Virus record (IMG/VR): IMGVR_UViG_3300014202_001531
Location: 1-34,376 of that record
Length of the DNA: 34,376 bases
Origin: a virus
Taxonomy: Duplodnaviria > Caudoviricetes
Reading direction: 5' to 3' (one strand)
A program made the translations under genes and the position numbers. Positions 34,116-34,376 of the stretch are shown piece by piece. A model generated the notes under the pieces. The model saw nothing but the letters and a program-made list of their open reading frames with translations, was not told where the DNA came from and searched no databases. The first letter of the stretch is position 1, and each line of letters begins with the position of its first letter.

Positions 34116-34376
34116 TCAGCAGCCCCGACGAATCCACTCGTAATCGCCCTCAATGCCCGGCCCCTGATCCAGCGGGTCGCAGCCGTCAAAGAGGGCGTTG
34201 TTGGCGGCGATCCAGCCCCGGCGTGCGGCGTCGGTGTCCATGTCTTCAAAGGTCAGGTTGACATCGCCAAAAGCGTACACGCCCGAATTGAACGTGGGGT
34301 ACTTCGGCGCCATCGGAATCGCCACGACGAAATCGACTGCCTGCTGTGTCTGGGTCATCTGTGCGACTGTGTTCAT
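34116..34376 (-). CDS. Hypothetical protein (86 aa)
   Basis: Open frame co-oriented with neighbours; no recognisable motif. Confidence 0.55.
   Translation of the reverse strand: MNTVAQMTQTQQAVDFVVAIPMAPKYPTFNSGVYAFGDVNLTFEDMDTDAARRGWIAANNALFDGCDPLDQGPGIEGDYEWIRRGC

Larger units (their letters stand above)
1..34376 (-). mobile_element. Siphovirus-like phage/prophage segment (no integrase, repressor or att site in window)
   Basis: Co-oriented, often start/stop-overlapping genes in canonical order: terminase, portal, protease, capsid, neck, tail tube, chaperone, tape measure, tail tip; no sheath gene. Confidence 0.95.

Overview
The whole window is a GC-rich (pro)phage segment with a siphovirus-type gene set and every credible gene on the minus strand. 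The host is possibly Chloroflexota, inferred weakly from protein motifs. In transcription order (34376 to 1): early/middle genes (ERF recombinase, small ORFs, a 7-copy palindromic repeat array, a membrane protein, a Pol-beta nucleotidyltransferase, HNH); modification cassette A (ParB-like, tandem-ParB+SAM transferase, degenerate HAD, CmoA-like carboxy-SAM synthase); terminase small and large subunits; a portal with an extra C-terminal domain; modification cassette B (DpdA-like transglycosylase, DpdL-like QueD paralog, QueD, QueE, FolE, no QueC); head, neck and tail genes with an LL-H-like holin; tape measure; a 4-TM protein coupled to a membrane-anchored CHAT caspase-like protease; distal tail, hub, beta-helix tailspike; and a Tat-signal protein. 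The most notable observations are: (1) a probable Cx-SAM-dependent DNA modification system using a non-C5 transferase; (2) two base-modification cassettes bracketing terminase-portal, with a portal fusion; (3) a lysis-cassette-like CHAT protease module with no endolysin visible; (4) a 14-bp palindrome ATTGC-N4-GCAAT seen at least 16 times, including inside genes. All assignments come from reading motifs by eye; no searches were run.
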